Shown: piece after piece, positions 37,429 through 47,568 of the stretch
Numbering within the stretch: position 1 is the stretch's first letter
Layout of the letters: each line of letters begins with the position of its first letter
Source of the DNA: a virus
DNA length: 64,000 bases
Direction: 5' to 3' (one strand)
Virus record (IMG/VR): IMGVR_UViG_3300036772_000271
Location: 5,062 to 69,061 of that record
Position numbers and translations under genes: made by a program
Notes under the pieces: generated by a model
What the model was told of the DNA's origin: nothing
The model's database searches: none
The model's input: the letters and a program-made list of their open reading frames with translations, nothing else

Positions 37429-38607
37429 CTAGCTCGGCGTGAACGTCGTGAGCGACGCGACCTGGGTGCTGCTGACCGCGGCATCGGCCGTCGTCGAGCC
37501 GTTGATCGTGAGCGAGCTGACGTTGTCAACGCCGTCGACGTCAACGATCGCGGCGATGACCTTGTTGTGCAGGACGTCACCGCCGATCGGCAGCGAGTTG
37601 ACGTACGCCGTCACCGACGCTTGCAGGTCGGGGGCCAGGGCGATCGTGCCGCCCGCGCCGGTGACGCTGTACCCCGTCTTCGGGACGATCGTCGCGAGGA
37701 TCGTGATGCCGACGATCGCCGGTGTCGTGACCGTCACCGCGGCACCGATCGTCGCAAGGCCCGCGCCCTGCGCCGTCCCGGTCGTCGGATCCAGCTGCGC
37801 CTGCAACCCGGCGATCGGGATGCTCGACATCGGCTGGTTGTCGACGTCGGTGATCACAACGCGCACGTCACCGAGCCCGGGCGTGTTCGGCTGGACCGTG
37901 ACGAACCCGACACCTGGGTAGTTCAGCCCGATGTTCTCGTAGTAGTCGACGTTGCCGGCGCCCGTCGTTCCGCGAAGCTTCTTCAGCACTCTCGCCTGGA
38001 GCGCCTGGTCGGTCTCGACGTCGGAACCGCCGGTGATGCCGGCGGGGTTGCTGACGGTGACAGGGCTGCCGTCAGCCGTGGTGACGGCGGAGTCGAGCAG
38101 CGTGACGGAGTTTGCCGGCACGTTGCCCTGGCTGCCAGCGTCGACGGCCTGAGCGAGTATGTCCACGACGCCGCTGGTGATCGCCCCGATCGTGCCGGGC
38201 ATCGTTGTCTGGTACGTCACCGGCTCCGCATCGGGTGTCGGCGCCTCCGTTGAGACCTGTATGCCGGTCTGGACAGCGGTGCCGTTCAAGCCGGTGAACC
38301 GGACGACGCCACTCGCGGCCGTCGCGTCCTTGCGCTCCAGGCCGACGGTGTCGGCCCAGTCGTCGAGCCACACCCCGGTCGCGAGCGCCGGCAATGCGGC
38401 GGCCGGCACCTCGTTCAGCATCCGGTCGTAGAGCCGGTCGAACTCGAGCGCGTCCGCGCGGGCCATGTCGTCCCACACGCTGCCCGGCAGCATGTCGGCG
38501 TACAGCGGATCGCTCGGGTCGATGCCGGCGTTCAGGTCTGTCTGCAACCTGAGCAGGATCGTGTCCGGCGTTTCCGCGGCGAGAGGGAAATCGTCGAGGG
38601 CGGCCAT
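37429..38607 (-). CDS. Baseplate J/gp47 family protein
   Basis: ATGVWLD...GLERK.AT.A.G, G..GNVPANS, GGSDVETD..L..R. Confidence 0.9.
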   Translation of the reverse strand: MAALDDFPLAAETPDTILLRLQTDLNAGIDPSDPLYADMLPGSVWDDMARADALEFDRLYDRMLNEVPAAALPALATGVWLDDWADTVGLERKDATAASGVVRFTGLNGTAVQTGIQVSTEAPTPDAEPVTYQTTMPGTIGAITSGVVDILAQAVDAGSQGNVPANSVTLLDSAVTTADGSPVTVSNPAGITGGSDVETDQALQARVLKKLRGTTGAGNVDYYENIGLNYPGVGFVTVQPNTPGLGDVRVVITDVDNQPMSSIPIAGLQAQLDPTTGTAQGAGLATIGAAVTVTTPAIVGITILATIVPKTGYSVTGAGGTIALAPDLQASVTAYVNSLPIGGDVLHNKVIAAIVDVDGVDNVSSLTINGSTTADAAVSSTQVASLTTFTPS

Positions 38608-39134
38608 CAGGCGGGCACCGTCACGGCCAGGTTGACCGGCTCGGCGCCGGCCGACACCGGCACGACACGGAACGTCGCGAGCGCCGCGTCGTCGCCCTGT
38701 ACGTAGTCGACGGCCCACTCCTCCAATGCGGCGATCGCTGGATGGAACGTCAGGGCCCGCTCGACGATCGCTTCGAACTCGGCGGCGATGCCGGAGTCGA
38801 ACGGGCCGCCGTCGATGAGGTCAAGGAACAGCGCGTCGAGGCCAAAGTCGGGGTGGCACGCGGGGTTGTCGCCTCGGCGCGTTCTCATCGCTTTCTCGAC
38901 CCACTGGCCGAGGGTGTCGAGGCCGTACAGCATCAGCGGGCCGCCGGCGGTGTTCGGCACGAACGTGCGCTGCACGAAGTCGACGGCCGGCGCGCGACCG
39001 AGCGCGACCGGCGGGTCCTGCGGCACCGAGATCCCGGACGGGTTCGCGAGCTGATCCTCGATGCGAAGCGCAACGTCGGGCGACCCGCCACCGGGCGGCA
39101 GCGCCGAGAACGTGTCGAGCGTCGTATCGGCCAT
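38607..39134 (-). CDS. gp25-like baseplate protein (DUF2634/XkdS-like)
   Basis: QWVEKAMRTRRG...DFG...ERALTFHPAI. Confidence 0.75.
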   Translation of the reverse strand: MADTTLDTFSALPPGGGSPDVALRIEDQLANPSGISVPQDPPVALGRAPAVDFVQRTFVPNTAGGPLMLYGLDTLGQWVEKAMRTRRGDNPACHPDFGLDALFLDLIDGGPFDSGIAAEFEAIVERALTFHPAIAALEEWAVDYVQGDDAALATFRVVPVSAGAEPVNLAVTVPA

Positions 39135-39165
39135 CCCGATCTACGCTACCGGAGGTCGCGCAGCA

Positions 39166-39468
39166 TCAGGTCACCGGCCGGATCGTCTTGGCGGTCCCGA
39201 CGTCGACCGCCATCCACTCGCCCTCGGCCATCTCGACGAGCGCCAGGACGTCGCCGACAGCGAGGCCTTCGCTGGCATCGAACCGCAGCACGCTCGCACC
39301 GAGCTCAACGTCGTCCTGGCCAAGAACGAGGTCGGTGCCCAGGAGGTTCATGATCAGGGGCGACAACGACGTGATCTCGCCGCGGCCGTGCTGGCGGCCG
39401 CGCCGCTCGGCCTGCCGCTGGCCGGCAAGATGGAATGCATCGGCGAGGAGGCGGGCCGCGTCGGGCAT
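39166..39468 (-). CDS. Baseplate spike-associated protein (XkdR-like)
   Basis: GEITSLSPL.., GLAVGDVLALV; synteny. Confidence 0.6.
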   Translation of the reverse strand: MPDAARLLADAFHLAGQRQAERRGRQHGRGEITSLSPLIMNLLGTDLVLGQDDVELGASVLRFDASEGLAVGDVLALVEMAEGEWMAVDVGTAKTIRPVT

Positions 39469-39854
39469 CAGGCGAGCACGTCGACGATGACGGTGATGTC
39501 GTCGAGTGCGAGGTTCGCCAGCGCGAAGAACGCGCGGCGGCTCAAGAGCAGGTCCTCGGTGAGGTCGTCGGGGAACGCCCGCTCGTCTTGGACGTACACC
39601 GCGACGGTGCGCGTCTGGCCGCCTGCGCGGTACGTCGCGCGGATCCGCTCGCCGACGAGGTCGCTCAGCGCGCTGTCGGCGCGGACAATCGCGACGGCCC
39701 CCGTCGTCGGGTCGAAGTTGCTGCCAAACCAGCCGGCCGTCGTGGTGCGCCGCGAGCCGCGGACAGTCCCGCCGACGAACACGGTCTGCGTGACGTCGAA
39801 TGGCAGCGACGCGAGGTACGCGTCGTCGACGTTCGTGGGGATCCGGATGGTCAT
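39468..39854 (-). CDS. Hypothetical tail/baseplate protein
   Basis: Coupled on both sides within the baseplate operon. Confidence 0.55.
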   Translation of the reverse strand: MTIRIPTNVDDAYLASLPFDVTQTVFVGGTVRGSRRTTTAGWFGSNFDPTTGAVAIVRADSALSDLVGERIRATYRAGGQTRTVAVYVQDERAFPDDLTEDLLLSRRAFFALANLALDDITVIVDVLA

Positions 39855-41194
39855 GGCGTCACCGATGTCGTGAGCTGCGACAGCGCGAGCTGGCTGGCCG
39901 TCGGCTTCGGGCCAGGCACGTACTTGCCGCGCGTCGATGCTTTCTTCGGTGCCGGCGGCGTCGTCTTGCTGATCGTCGTCCGGCCGCGCTTGATCGCCGC
40001 CGCCGTCTTCTTCGCTGCCGCATCCGCCGCCTGCTGGTCCGCTGACCACGGATCGTCGAAGCCGACCGAGACCGTCATCACGTAGCTGCCGGCGCTCACC
40101 GCGTGCTGGCAGTCGGTGACGAACACGACCTGGTCAAACCCGACCTCCGAGAGTTGCAGGCGCATCGCGTCGCTGCGGTCCAGCAGCGGCAGGCCGGGGT
40201 GCGTGAACGTGACGGTGCTCTTCGGCCGGTGAATCGTCGTCAGCTGCCCCTTCGCCCACTTGCGAAGCTCGGCGACCGTGTCGATCCCGGCCGGCGCCGT
40301 GAGCGTCTTCAACACGTCGCCGTACGACGTCTGGCGGCCCGGGCTTTTCACTTCGACGCGCATCAGCTTCTGCCGGCGGTACCCGGCGTGACCGGGCTGG
40401 CCGCTGGCCTGCCTGGTCGCCGTGGCGATGATGACCGTCGCGATCTGCTCGATCGACTGCTCGAGCGTCGCCGTGGCGATCGCGTCGCCGATCAGCAGCA
40501 TGTATGCGGGCTCGCGCAGCTCCCGGACGCTGAGGAAACCGGTCGAGGTGTCGAGGTCGAACCGGCGGCCGGTCGCTTCGCGTTCGCGTTGCCACGCCCT
40601 GGTCACGATGTCCTGCGGCGACAGGGACCGCTCGACGAGCCGGACGATGCGGTGCCCGGCCGATGGCAGCGACCCGAGCGGGATCCCGAACCGCTTCGCC
40701 ACGGCGACGGTGATCTGCTTGGCGGTCCAGCCGTGCGGGTGCGCACGGTCCTGCACGAACTTCCACGCGACCTTCGACCCGGTGAACGACGCGCTCATCT
40801 GCGACGCGAGCGTCAACCCGATCGCGCCGGTGAACACCTCGTCGTTCGGGTTGCTGATCGCCATCCGCCACAGCGGCCGCCACCCGCCGGCTGGGCCCGT
40901 GAGCGCCACCTCGCACAGCACCGTGTCGCCGGCGACGATCAAGCCAGCGGACCGCTCGTCCAGGGGCCGCCGGAACGTGAGGTTTCCTTCGCGTTTCGCG
41001 CCGCTGCGCTGCCAGTCGGCCTGCTCCACCCACGGGTCGATGTCGAGGCCGCCAAGCTTCCGCTGGTCGCGGTACAGCCGAAACCGGAACTCCTCGCGCC
41101 CGAACTCGAGCGGCGTCGCCTTCCGCGGCCAGATGCCGTTCGGTGCGCTTGCGCGCACCGTCGCCTTCGCCGGCTTCTTCGTCGTGGTCGCCAT
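39851..41194 (-). CDS. Baseplate hub protein (XkdQ/YqbQ-like)
   Basis: Synteny after the LysM gene; TAKQI..VAKRFGIPLG, YGD.., VTDCQH. Confidence 0.7.
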   Translation of the reverse strand: MATTTKKPAKATVRASAPNGIWPRKATPLEFGREEFRFRLYRDQRKLGGLDIDPWVEQADWQRSGAKREGNLTFRRPLDERSAGLIVAGDTVLCEVALTGPAGGWRPLWRMAISNPNDEVFTGAIGLTLASQMSASFTGSKVAWKFVQDRAHPHGWTAKQITVAVAKRFGIPLGSLPSAGHRIVRLVERSLSPQDIVTRAWQREREATGRRFDLDTSTGFLSVRELREPAYMLLIGDAIATATLEQSIEQIATVIIATATRQASGQPGHAGYRRQKLMRVEVKSPGRQTSYGDVLKTLTAPAGIDTVAELRKWAKGQLTTIHRPKSTVTFTHPGLPLLDRSDAMRLQLSEVGFDQVVFVTDCQHAVSAGSYVMTVSVGFDDPWSADQQAADAAAKKTAAAIKRGRTTISKTTPPAPKKASTRGKYVPGPKPTASQLALSQLTTSVTP

Positions 41195-42060
41195 CAGCTC
41201 GCGGGGACCGTGATCTTCGTCTTGTGATGCCGCTTCGCCCACGCCGCAAGCTCGGCGGCGCTCGATGCGCTCACGCCGGTGATGCCGTTCGCGCTGGCGA
41301 TCGTTTTCCACGCCGACGCCTGGTGAAAGTGGGAGTGCGTCGCGATGGTGTAGAGCGTGTCGCCGGACCTCAGGGTGTACGTCGTGTCGCCATGCTGCGC
41401 CGGCCGCTGGCTGTTCTTCTGCTGGTTGCGGCCGACCTGCGTCTCGTCGTACTCCAGGAACGTCGCCGTCAAGTACTCGGTGCCGACCTCGCCGGCTTTC
41501 TGCGTTGCCTGGAACGCCGTCAGGACCGCCAGGCTGTTGATGATCGGCGTGCTGCCCCACACCGCCGGCTGGTCGATCACGAGCCGAAACGGCTGCGCTT
41601 CGCGGCCGGGCAGCATCCCGGCGATGCCGAGCAGCTCCCGGATGAGGTCCTGCGGATCGGTCTGGCCGGCCCACACCACCGTCTTCGACGCGGCGTCCGC
41701 GGACGGCCCGTCGAGCAGCATCGTGTCGATCGGCAGCTGAAACAGCTGCTTCCCCTGCGGCCTCGCGCGCTGCCCCAACCTGAGCGTGTCGTACGTTGCC
41801 CAGGCGTAGAGGTACTGCCTGACGAAGTCATTGATGACCGGCACCTGAAACCGGAACGGCACCGACAGGACGTTGCCGTTCGTGACGCCACGCTCGAACC
41901 GCATCGTGATCCGCAGCCCATCACCGGAGAACCCGAGATCCGGGCGCGACGACCCGTCGCTGCTGGCGCCGACGTTCTTCGCCGGCGCGCCCGTGCCGGG
42001 CCCAAGGATGACCGGCGGCTGGTTGAGGATAAGGCCGCTGTGTGGGCGTGTGGCTGCCAT
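41194..42060 (-). CDS. LysM-domain tail tube initiator (XkdP-like)
   Basis: TFLEY followed by YTLRSGDTLYTIA...WKTIASANGI. Confidence 0.8.
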   Translation of the reverse strand: MAATRPHSGLILNQPPVILGPGTGAPAKNVGASSDGSSRPDLGFSGDGLRITMRFERGVTNGNVLSVPFRFQVPVINDFVRQYLYAWATYDTLRLGQRARPQGKQLFQLPIDTMLLDGPSADAASKTVVWAGQTDPQDLIRELLGIAGMLPGREAQPFRLVIDQPAVWGSTPIINSLAVLTAFQATQKAGEVGTEYLTATFLEYDETQVGRNQQKNSQRPAQHGDTTYTLRSGDTLYTIATHSHFHQASAWKTIASANGITGVSASSAAELAAWAKRHHKTKITVPAS

Positions 42061-45000
42061 CACGCGCCGATCAGGGCCCGCTCGTTTTCCTCGGGGCCGT
42101 TCGCGATGTGCGCGTGGACGCGCTTGGCGAACGTCTCGAGCTCGACCTGCACGAACCGGCGAAGCTGAGCGGTGCTTGACCCGGTGATCTGCACGGCGCC
42201 CGCGCCGATCGTGACGCTCGCGCTGCTGCCACCATGCGGCGTGATCGTGACCCTTTCTGGCCCGTTCTCGCCCGCCCCGAACACCGTCGGCCGGTTGACC
42301 ATGAAGTCGCCGCCCGCAGCATTCCAGCCGCCCCACGCAAGCCGCCCACCCTGGCTGTACCCCTTGTAGCCGCCCCCGAGAAGACCGGTCGCGGTCGCGA
42401 GATGCTCGAGCGTGCCGTACCGGTCGTGGATGTAGTGGAACGCCGCGAGCGCGTTGTCGACGGGATTCATCCGGTTGGGATGCCCGGCGACCTTGTACGC
42501 GTTGAACGTCGACCCGATGACCTGAAACGGGCCGGCCGGGTCGAGGCCGCCGCCGTACTGGTGCGGCGGCAGGTTCTTCCCGCCGCCGGACTCCTTGCTG
42601 AGCAGCGTCGACACGATCCCGGCGTTCCACGGCACGCCCTCCGCCGCCGCGGCTTGCTGAGCGATCGCGAGAATCCCGCCGACGGTCGAGATCGACGCGC
42701 CATCGCCGCCTGTCGCGCCGCCTCCGGCGATATGAGCGTTGAGCCGGGCCGCGAGCGCCGACGCATAAACCTGGCCGGCGCGGGCCGACAGAGCCCCGGG
42801 CACGCCGCCGAGGCGGCTTCCTGGCGCGCGCAGCGCAATTGCCCGGATCGCGGTCGCCACCGCGGCACCTCCGACCGCCGCCGCGCCCTTGCCGCCCGCG
42901 AGCAGCTGGATGTGATCGGCCTCAGCCGCCCCAGCGAACGGCCGCGTCAGCCCGTACTGCTCGAGCGTCGCCTCGGGCACGCCCTCGATGCCCGGACTGT
43001 CGGAAGCCTCGCCATGCGTGTGCGGGTCGTCCGCGAAGCCACCGACAGCAACAGAATGCGCCGGCGACCGGTAGCCACTGATGCCGGTGACATGGATCCC
43101 GAGCGCCATCGCGAGCGCGTTGAGGTGCGCCGCGATCGTCGGCTCCTCGCCGACCGAGTAGTTCGTGCCGGGCGCCGGCGAGAAGCCGCCCGTCCGGCCG
43201 CCGGTGGCGCGCTTCATCGGCGCGGAGTGCGGCCGCGTCTCGCGGGCCACCCGCTGCCACAGGCTGGGCTTGCCCGCGGCCGCGAGATCCCGGTCAGCGT
43301 CGCCCTCGGTGTGCCGGTTGAGAACGAGCTCGCCCGGCGCGCCCCAGCCACCGTCCGCCATCGGCACCGTGTCGTTCAGGCCCCACCCGGGGAGACGGCC
43401 GCCGCGGGCGCGCTTCGTGACGCCATGGCGATCAGCGGTCTGGTTCGCGACCGCGGCGCCCACTGACAGGCCGGCAACACCCGTCGGGGCGGTGAGTGCG
43501 GTCACGGTCGCCGCACTGATCGCACCGCTCTCCTGCCCCGAGATGAGCTTCTGCGCATCCGACGTCGAGAAGCCCATTGCTCGCAGCGACCCGATCGCTT
43601 CCTGCTGAATCGCGGTGAACGACGCGGATACCTCCTGCCGTGCCTTCTCCGCCGGCGTGATCAACGCTGCCGCGATGCTCTTCCACTCTGTCGTTGACCC
43701 GTCGAGGACCTGGCCGTTCACGATCTCGACGTTCTTGCGCATCGTCGAGAAGCGCTTTTCGATGCCGCTGGTCATGTCGTCGACGATGCGCTGCATCCGC
43801 GGGTTGCCCTGCGACACCGCGTCAGCCCACTGGATCGTGGCCTGCGTCAAGCTCTTGGCGCCCTCGGGCCCGATCTTTTTCGTCTCCGTGACGACCCTGG
43901 CCAGCGTCTCCCTGAGTGCCGCCTCCGGGCCCTTGCTCGGCGTGAGAATCCCGAACGCCTGCTGGAAGCTGTCAGCGAGCGACAGGCCATGGATGCTCGA
44001 CGCCTCGGCCGTCCGCTTCTTCTGCTCAGCCTGAAACGCGGCCTGTTCCTTGCGCAGCACACCGATCGCCGACGCGTACTGCAACACCGCCGCGGCGTTG
44101 CGCTTCGCCTCGACATCGGTCGGGCCGGAGTCGCCGCCATGGCCCGCGTCGAACAGGCCCAGCGTCCCGAAGTTGCCGAACAGCCCGGTTGAGCTCGTCG
44201 TGCGCGACTTGGCGGCAGCGGCCGCCTGCTTCGCTTGCAGTGCCGCGATCTGGTGCGCGTAGTCCGCGGCGCTCTGCGGCGCCGCCAAGCTCTGCAAGTA
44301 GGCGTTCGCCTGCGCCTGGCCTTGGTCGCGCGCCTGCGCGCCCGTCGTTGGTCCCGGCAGGATCCCGAACGTGAGACCCGACGCGGCGGCCTGGATGCGC
44401 TGGTCAAGGTTGCCCTGCGTGCCGGCGGCGTTGATGCCAGCGTTGATCAGCAGCAGCGGCCCGGCGAACCGGCCGGCAGTGCGCAGCCCGGTCGCCGCGG
44501 TCGACCGTGCAGCCGCCGCGAGGCTTGGTGCGGTCGAGTCGGCCGCAGTCCAGCCGGTCCAGTCGGTGCGGGCCGCGGTCCCCGCGCCGAGAGCCTGCGC
44601 GACCGGAGTCTGGCGGGCGCGCAGCGCGATCAGGCCACCGAGCCCGAGCGCCGCCGTACCGCCGCCGGCCGTGGCCGCCGCGCCGCCGGCGACCCCGACT
44701 GGCACCAGGCCGCCCAGGCCCGCCGCCGTGCTCCCCGACGCGGTGCTCGCGGTGCGGCCGCCCGTGACCCGTCCAAGGCCGAGCCGCAACGCCGTCGGCA
44801 GCAGCAGCCCCGCGCCACCGGCGATGTTGCCGAGCGCCGCGAACCGGCTGAGGACCGGCAACAGGATCTGCCCAACCTCGTTCAAATCATGACCGACTGT
44901 CCCGATCAGGCCCGCGAGCTGTTTCGTGCCAGAGATCGCGTCGGCGTAGAACCGCCGCAGCTTGTCCGGGTTGTCCTTCGCCCACTGGTCCCATTTCGCG

Positions 45001-46355
45001 AGCTGCTGCGTAAGGTCGTCAACAAGCGACGTTCCTTGCGTCCGGCCCGGCATGATCAGGTCGCGGATCAAATCCCACGTCTCGCCGGTGAGGTGCCCCC
45101 ACGCCTTCAGGTCGTTGACGTACCCGCCGATGACTTGCCGCGTGTGGTCGATCCCCGTCGTCGACTCGTCCCACTTCATCGCCCAGTGGTCGACGAACAC
45201 GAGGCCGTCACGGAAAAACGGCGCGCCGGCCCTGGCAAGGTTGCTCATCGTGCCGACGACGTGCTCGAGCGTGTTCTCGACGATCGGGAGGTCCTCGGCG
45301 AACTGGTGCGTCAGCGACTGGATCGCGAGGAGTTCCTGCGGGCCCGTCAGGAAGTTCGCGAACGTCTGCGCGCTGCCGGCAACGGCGCCAGCCGACGTGT
45401 TCGCCGCCGCGCCGAGGATCGGCGACACCGTCCGCAGCCTGGCTGCGATGTTCCCGCCGGCAGTCGTCAGCGCGCCCTGCCCTTGCCGCGTGTCCGTCGC
45501 CCACACCTTCTGCAGGAGGTTCGCCTGGACCAGAAGGTTCTGCGCGCCCGCCGGCGCTCTCCTGGCGGCGACCGTGACCTTCGCTTGCGCGGCCTGCGCC
45601 TGCTTGCTCCCGGGCCCGTGCAGCGCCGCCTGCTGAAGCGCCGCCTGCTGCAACGTGTTGAGCTGCTTGATCTGGGCCTCCATTGGCTTCACGACCGACG
45701 CCACGCCGAGGCCGCCGGCCGTGGCGATGCCGCCGCCGGCGATGCCGAGCGCACCGGCGCCAAGACCAGCACCGACGGCCGACCCGAGAATCGGCGGGAC
45801 CGCCCCAATCAGCGGCAGCCCGAGGCCTGCCGCGATGACTTTCCAGTCCGGGATCCCCAGCGGAAACCGGCCGCCACCGACGCTCCCGGCCACGCCGCCA
45901 CCGCCAGCCAGACCGCCGCCCGATGTCCCGACGCGCGGCGTCGCCGTCCGCCGCGACAGCTGGTCGAGTTGCCGGTTCAGGGCCGCGATCTCCGTCCGCG
46001 CCGCAGCGAATCCCTGTAGATCGATCGACGGCGTTGCGCGCTTGCGGCCGATGTCATCGAGACGCCGGCCGAGCCCGTCGAGCTGCGCACCGAGCCTGTC
46101 GATGCGTGCCGTCTGCGCCGGCCCGCCGAGCCGGTCGACGCTGTCCGCCGTCCGTCTGGCTTCCGTCCCCACGGCCTTTGTCTTGGCGACGAGCCGGTCG
46201 AGCTGCGCGAGCATCTTCGGGCCGGACAGATCATCGAGAGACCGGCCGGCGCGCCGCGCGTCGTCGTCCATGCCCCGGAGTTCGCGGCGAATCCCGCGAA
46301 TTGGGCCGCTAGCACGGTCCAGCAGAACGAACGCGCTTTCGACAGTCGCCGGCAC
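42060..46355 (-). CDS. Tape measure protein with C-terminal peptidase-like and lytic transglycosylase domains
   Basis: 1431 aa, Ala/Gly-rich helical; SGYRS..H...H..GEASD..HIQ; KESGG...GPFQ...NALAAFHYI..RYG. Confidence 0.9.
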   Translation of the reverse strand: MPATVESAFVLLDRASGPIRGIRRELRGMDDDARRAGRSLDDLSGPKMLAQLDRLVAKTKAVGTEARRTADSVDRLGGPAQTARIDRLGAQLDGLGRRLDDIGRKRATPSIDLQGFAAARTEIAALNRQLDQLSRRTATPRVGTSGGGLAGGGGVAGSVGGGRFPLGIPDWKVIAAGLGLPLIGAVPPILGSAVGAGLGAGALGIAGGGIATAGGLGVASVVKPMEAQIKQLNTLQQAALQQAALHGPGSKQAQAAQAKVTVAARRAPAGAQNLLVQANLLQKVWATDTRQGQGALTTAGGNIAARLRTVSPILGAAANTSAGAVAGSAQTFANFLTGPQELLAIQSLTHQFAEDLPIVENTLEHVVGTMSNLARAGAPFFRDGLVFVDHWAMKWDESTTGIDHTRQVIGGYVNDLKAWGHLTGETWDLIRDLIMPGRTQGTSLVDDLTQQLAKWDQWAKDNPDKLRRFYADAISGTKQLAGLIGTVGHDLNEVGQILLPVLSRFAALGNIAGGAGLLLPTALRLGLGRVTGGRTASTASGSTAAGLGGLVPVGVAGGAAATAGGGTAALGLGGLIALRARQTPVAQALGAGTAARTDWTGWTAADSTAPSLAAAARSTAATGLRTAGRFAGPLLLINAGINAAGTQGNLDQRIQAAASGLTFGILPGPTTGAQARDQGQAQANAYLQSLAAPQSAADYAHQIAALQAKQAAAAAKSRTTSSTGLFGNFGTLGLFDAGHGGDSGPTDVEAKRNAAAVLQYASAIGVLRKEQAAFQAEQKKRTAEASSIHGLSLADSFQQAFGILTPSKGPEAALRETLARVVTETKKIGPEGAKSLTQATIQWADAVSQGNPRMQRIVDDMTSGIEKRFSTMRKNVEIVNGQVLDGSTTEWKSIAAALITPAEKARQEVSASFTAIQQEAIGSLRAMGFSTSDAQKLISGQESGAISAATVTALTAPTGVAGLSVGAAVANQTADRHGVTKRARGGRLPGWGLNDTVPMADGGWGAPGELVLNRHTEGDADRDLAAAGKPSLWQRVARETRPHSAPMKRATGGRTGGFSPAPGTNYSVGEEPTIAAHLNALAMALGIHVTGISGYRSPAHSVAVGGFADDPHTHGEASDSPGIEGVPEATLEQYGLTRPFAGAAEADHIQLLAGGKGAAAVGGAAVATAIRAIALRAPGSRLGGVPGALSARAGQVYASALAARLNAHIAGGGATGGDGASISTVGGILAIAQQAAAAEGVPWNAGIVSTLLSKESGGGKNLPPHQYGGGLDPAGPFQVIGSTFNAYKVAGHPNRMNPVDNALAAFHYIHDRYGTLEHLATATGLLGGGYKGYSQGGRLAWGGWNAAGGDFMVNRPTVFGAGENGPERVTITPHGGSSASVTIGAGAVQITGSSTAQLRRFVQVELETFAKRVHAHIANGPEENERALIGA

Positions 46356-46373
46356 CGGCTACCTTTCCCAACG

Positions 46374-46706
46374 ATGAAGATTGCGTGGCTGGCGATAGTC
46401 GTGACGGTCGCTGCGGCGGGCTGCGGCGGGCAGACGCGCACCGTCACCGCAACGACGCCCGCGCCGAAGTACTCCGCCCGCGACACCAGCGTGAAGGCGC
46501 ACATCGAGGACGCCATCACCAAGCGCGTCACGCAAGCCGAGATCGCCGCCGGCGACGGCAGCACGTTCGACCCGAACACCGCGACAACATGCATCGCGAC
46601 GAGCGACACCGCGCTGGCGTGCCAGGCATCGACGGACGGCCAGACACAGACGTGGACGGCGACCGTCGACACCAGCACCGGCGTGTACGGCATCCAGCCG
46701 GGCTGA
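46374..46706 (+). CDS. Lipoprotein, antisense to the structural operon (superinfection-exclusion candidate)
   Basis: Signal peptide with lipobox AAGC; TACCTT -10 eight nt before the ATG. Confidence 0.7.
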   Translation: MKIAWLAIVVTVAAAGCGGQTRTVTATTPAPKYSARDTSVKAHIEDAITKRVTQAEIAAGDGSTFDPNTATTCIATSDTALACQASTDGQTQTWTATVDTSTGVYGIQPG

Positions 46707-46708
46707 CA

Positions 46709-47005
46709 TCAGCGCCGCCGCTCGCTCATACCAGGAGGCAGCACAACCCGCGAGGGCCTCGACCGCTTCGGCGCCTGAAGTCTCGTGTCTTCCATCTTCT
46801 GATCGATGATCGCCGCCGCCTTGCCCATCGCGTACATCCAGCGCTGACGGCGGTCCGGAAACCGTGGCCGCATCGGCGGCAACTCGGGGTCCCACAGCCG
46901 CCGGTACTCCCCGTCGAGACAGTTGAAGAGCTGCCACGGATCCTCCCCGCCGTACCGCCACGCGCAGAACAGAAGCCACGCCTCGCCGCCGGCGAGGATC
47001 AGTCT
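46709..47005 (-). CDS. Tail assembly chaperone -1 frameshift extension (gpT-like)
   Basis: Open -1 frame RLILAGGEAWLLFCAWRYGGEDPWQLFN...ERRR* after the slippery site. Confidence 0.7.
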   Translation of the reverse strand, partial: RLILAGGEAWLLFCAWRYGGEDPWQLFNCLDGEYRRLWDPELPPMRPRFPDRRQRWMYAMGKAAAIIDQKMEDTRLQAPKRSRPSRVVLPPGMSERRR

Positions 47006-47568
47006 TTTCCCGCCTCGATCTCCTTCACGCTCGACTCGCCGTCGTTCGCGAGCTTCGACAGCTCGAGCACCTTCGCGGCAAGCTCAAGCAGCGCCCCGGA
47101 CTGCTTGCGGAACATGCGGCGCAGCAACGCCGCGGCGTCCGCCGGCGCGGTGTCCGAGTTCTCGCTCTGCATCCGAACGATGGTCGGGCCGAGCTTCGGC
47201 GTCACCAAGGCGCGGGCGACAACCCACGACGAGCTGACGAACCGGTCGAACCCGCCGGTCTTCTCGTTCGTCGCACGCTCGATCGCGTCCTGCCACTCCG
47301 ACCACTCGACGGCCTTGACCTCGCACGAGAACTTCCGGGTGCTCTGGCCGTGCCCGAGCTCGACGCTCAGCGCCGTGACCTCGGTGTCCCCCGGCAGACC
47401 CTGGTTGGTCAAGAAGTACGCGAGGAGGTCGTCGGACTCCTGCGGTGCGAGCCGGTCGCCGGCGGCCGCCGCGTCGATCAGGTCGCTGCCGGTGCGCGCC
47501 GGCGACTCAACGGGCTTCCCGCCGAGCGGGAGGCCTGGGGTCTCGGAAATGTCAGTGGTGGTGGCCAT
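46999..47568 (-). CDS. Tail assembly chaperone (gpG-like)
   Basis: Between tube and tape measure genes; ends VLELS...EAGKD with G GGA AAA slippery heptamer at 47011-47005. Confidence 0.8.
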   Translation of the reverse strand: MATTTDISETPGLPLGGKPVESPARTGSDLIDAAAAGDRLAPQESDDLLAYFLTNQGLPGDTEVTALSVELGHGQSTRKFSCEVKAVEWSEWQDAIERATNEKTGGFDRFVSSSWVVARALVTPKLGPTIVRMQSENSDTAPADAAALLRRMFRKQSGALLELAAKVLELSKLANDGESSVKEIEAGKD

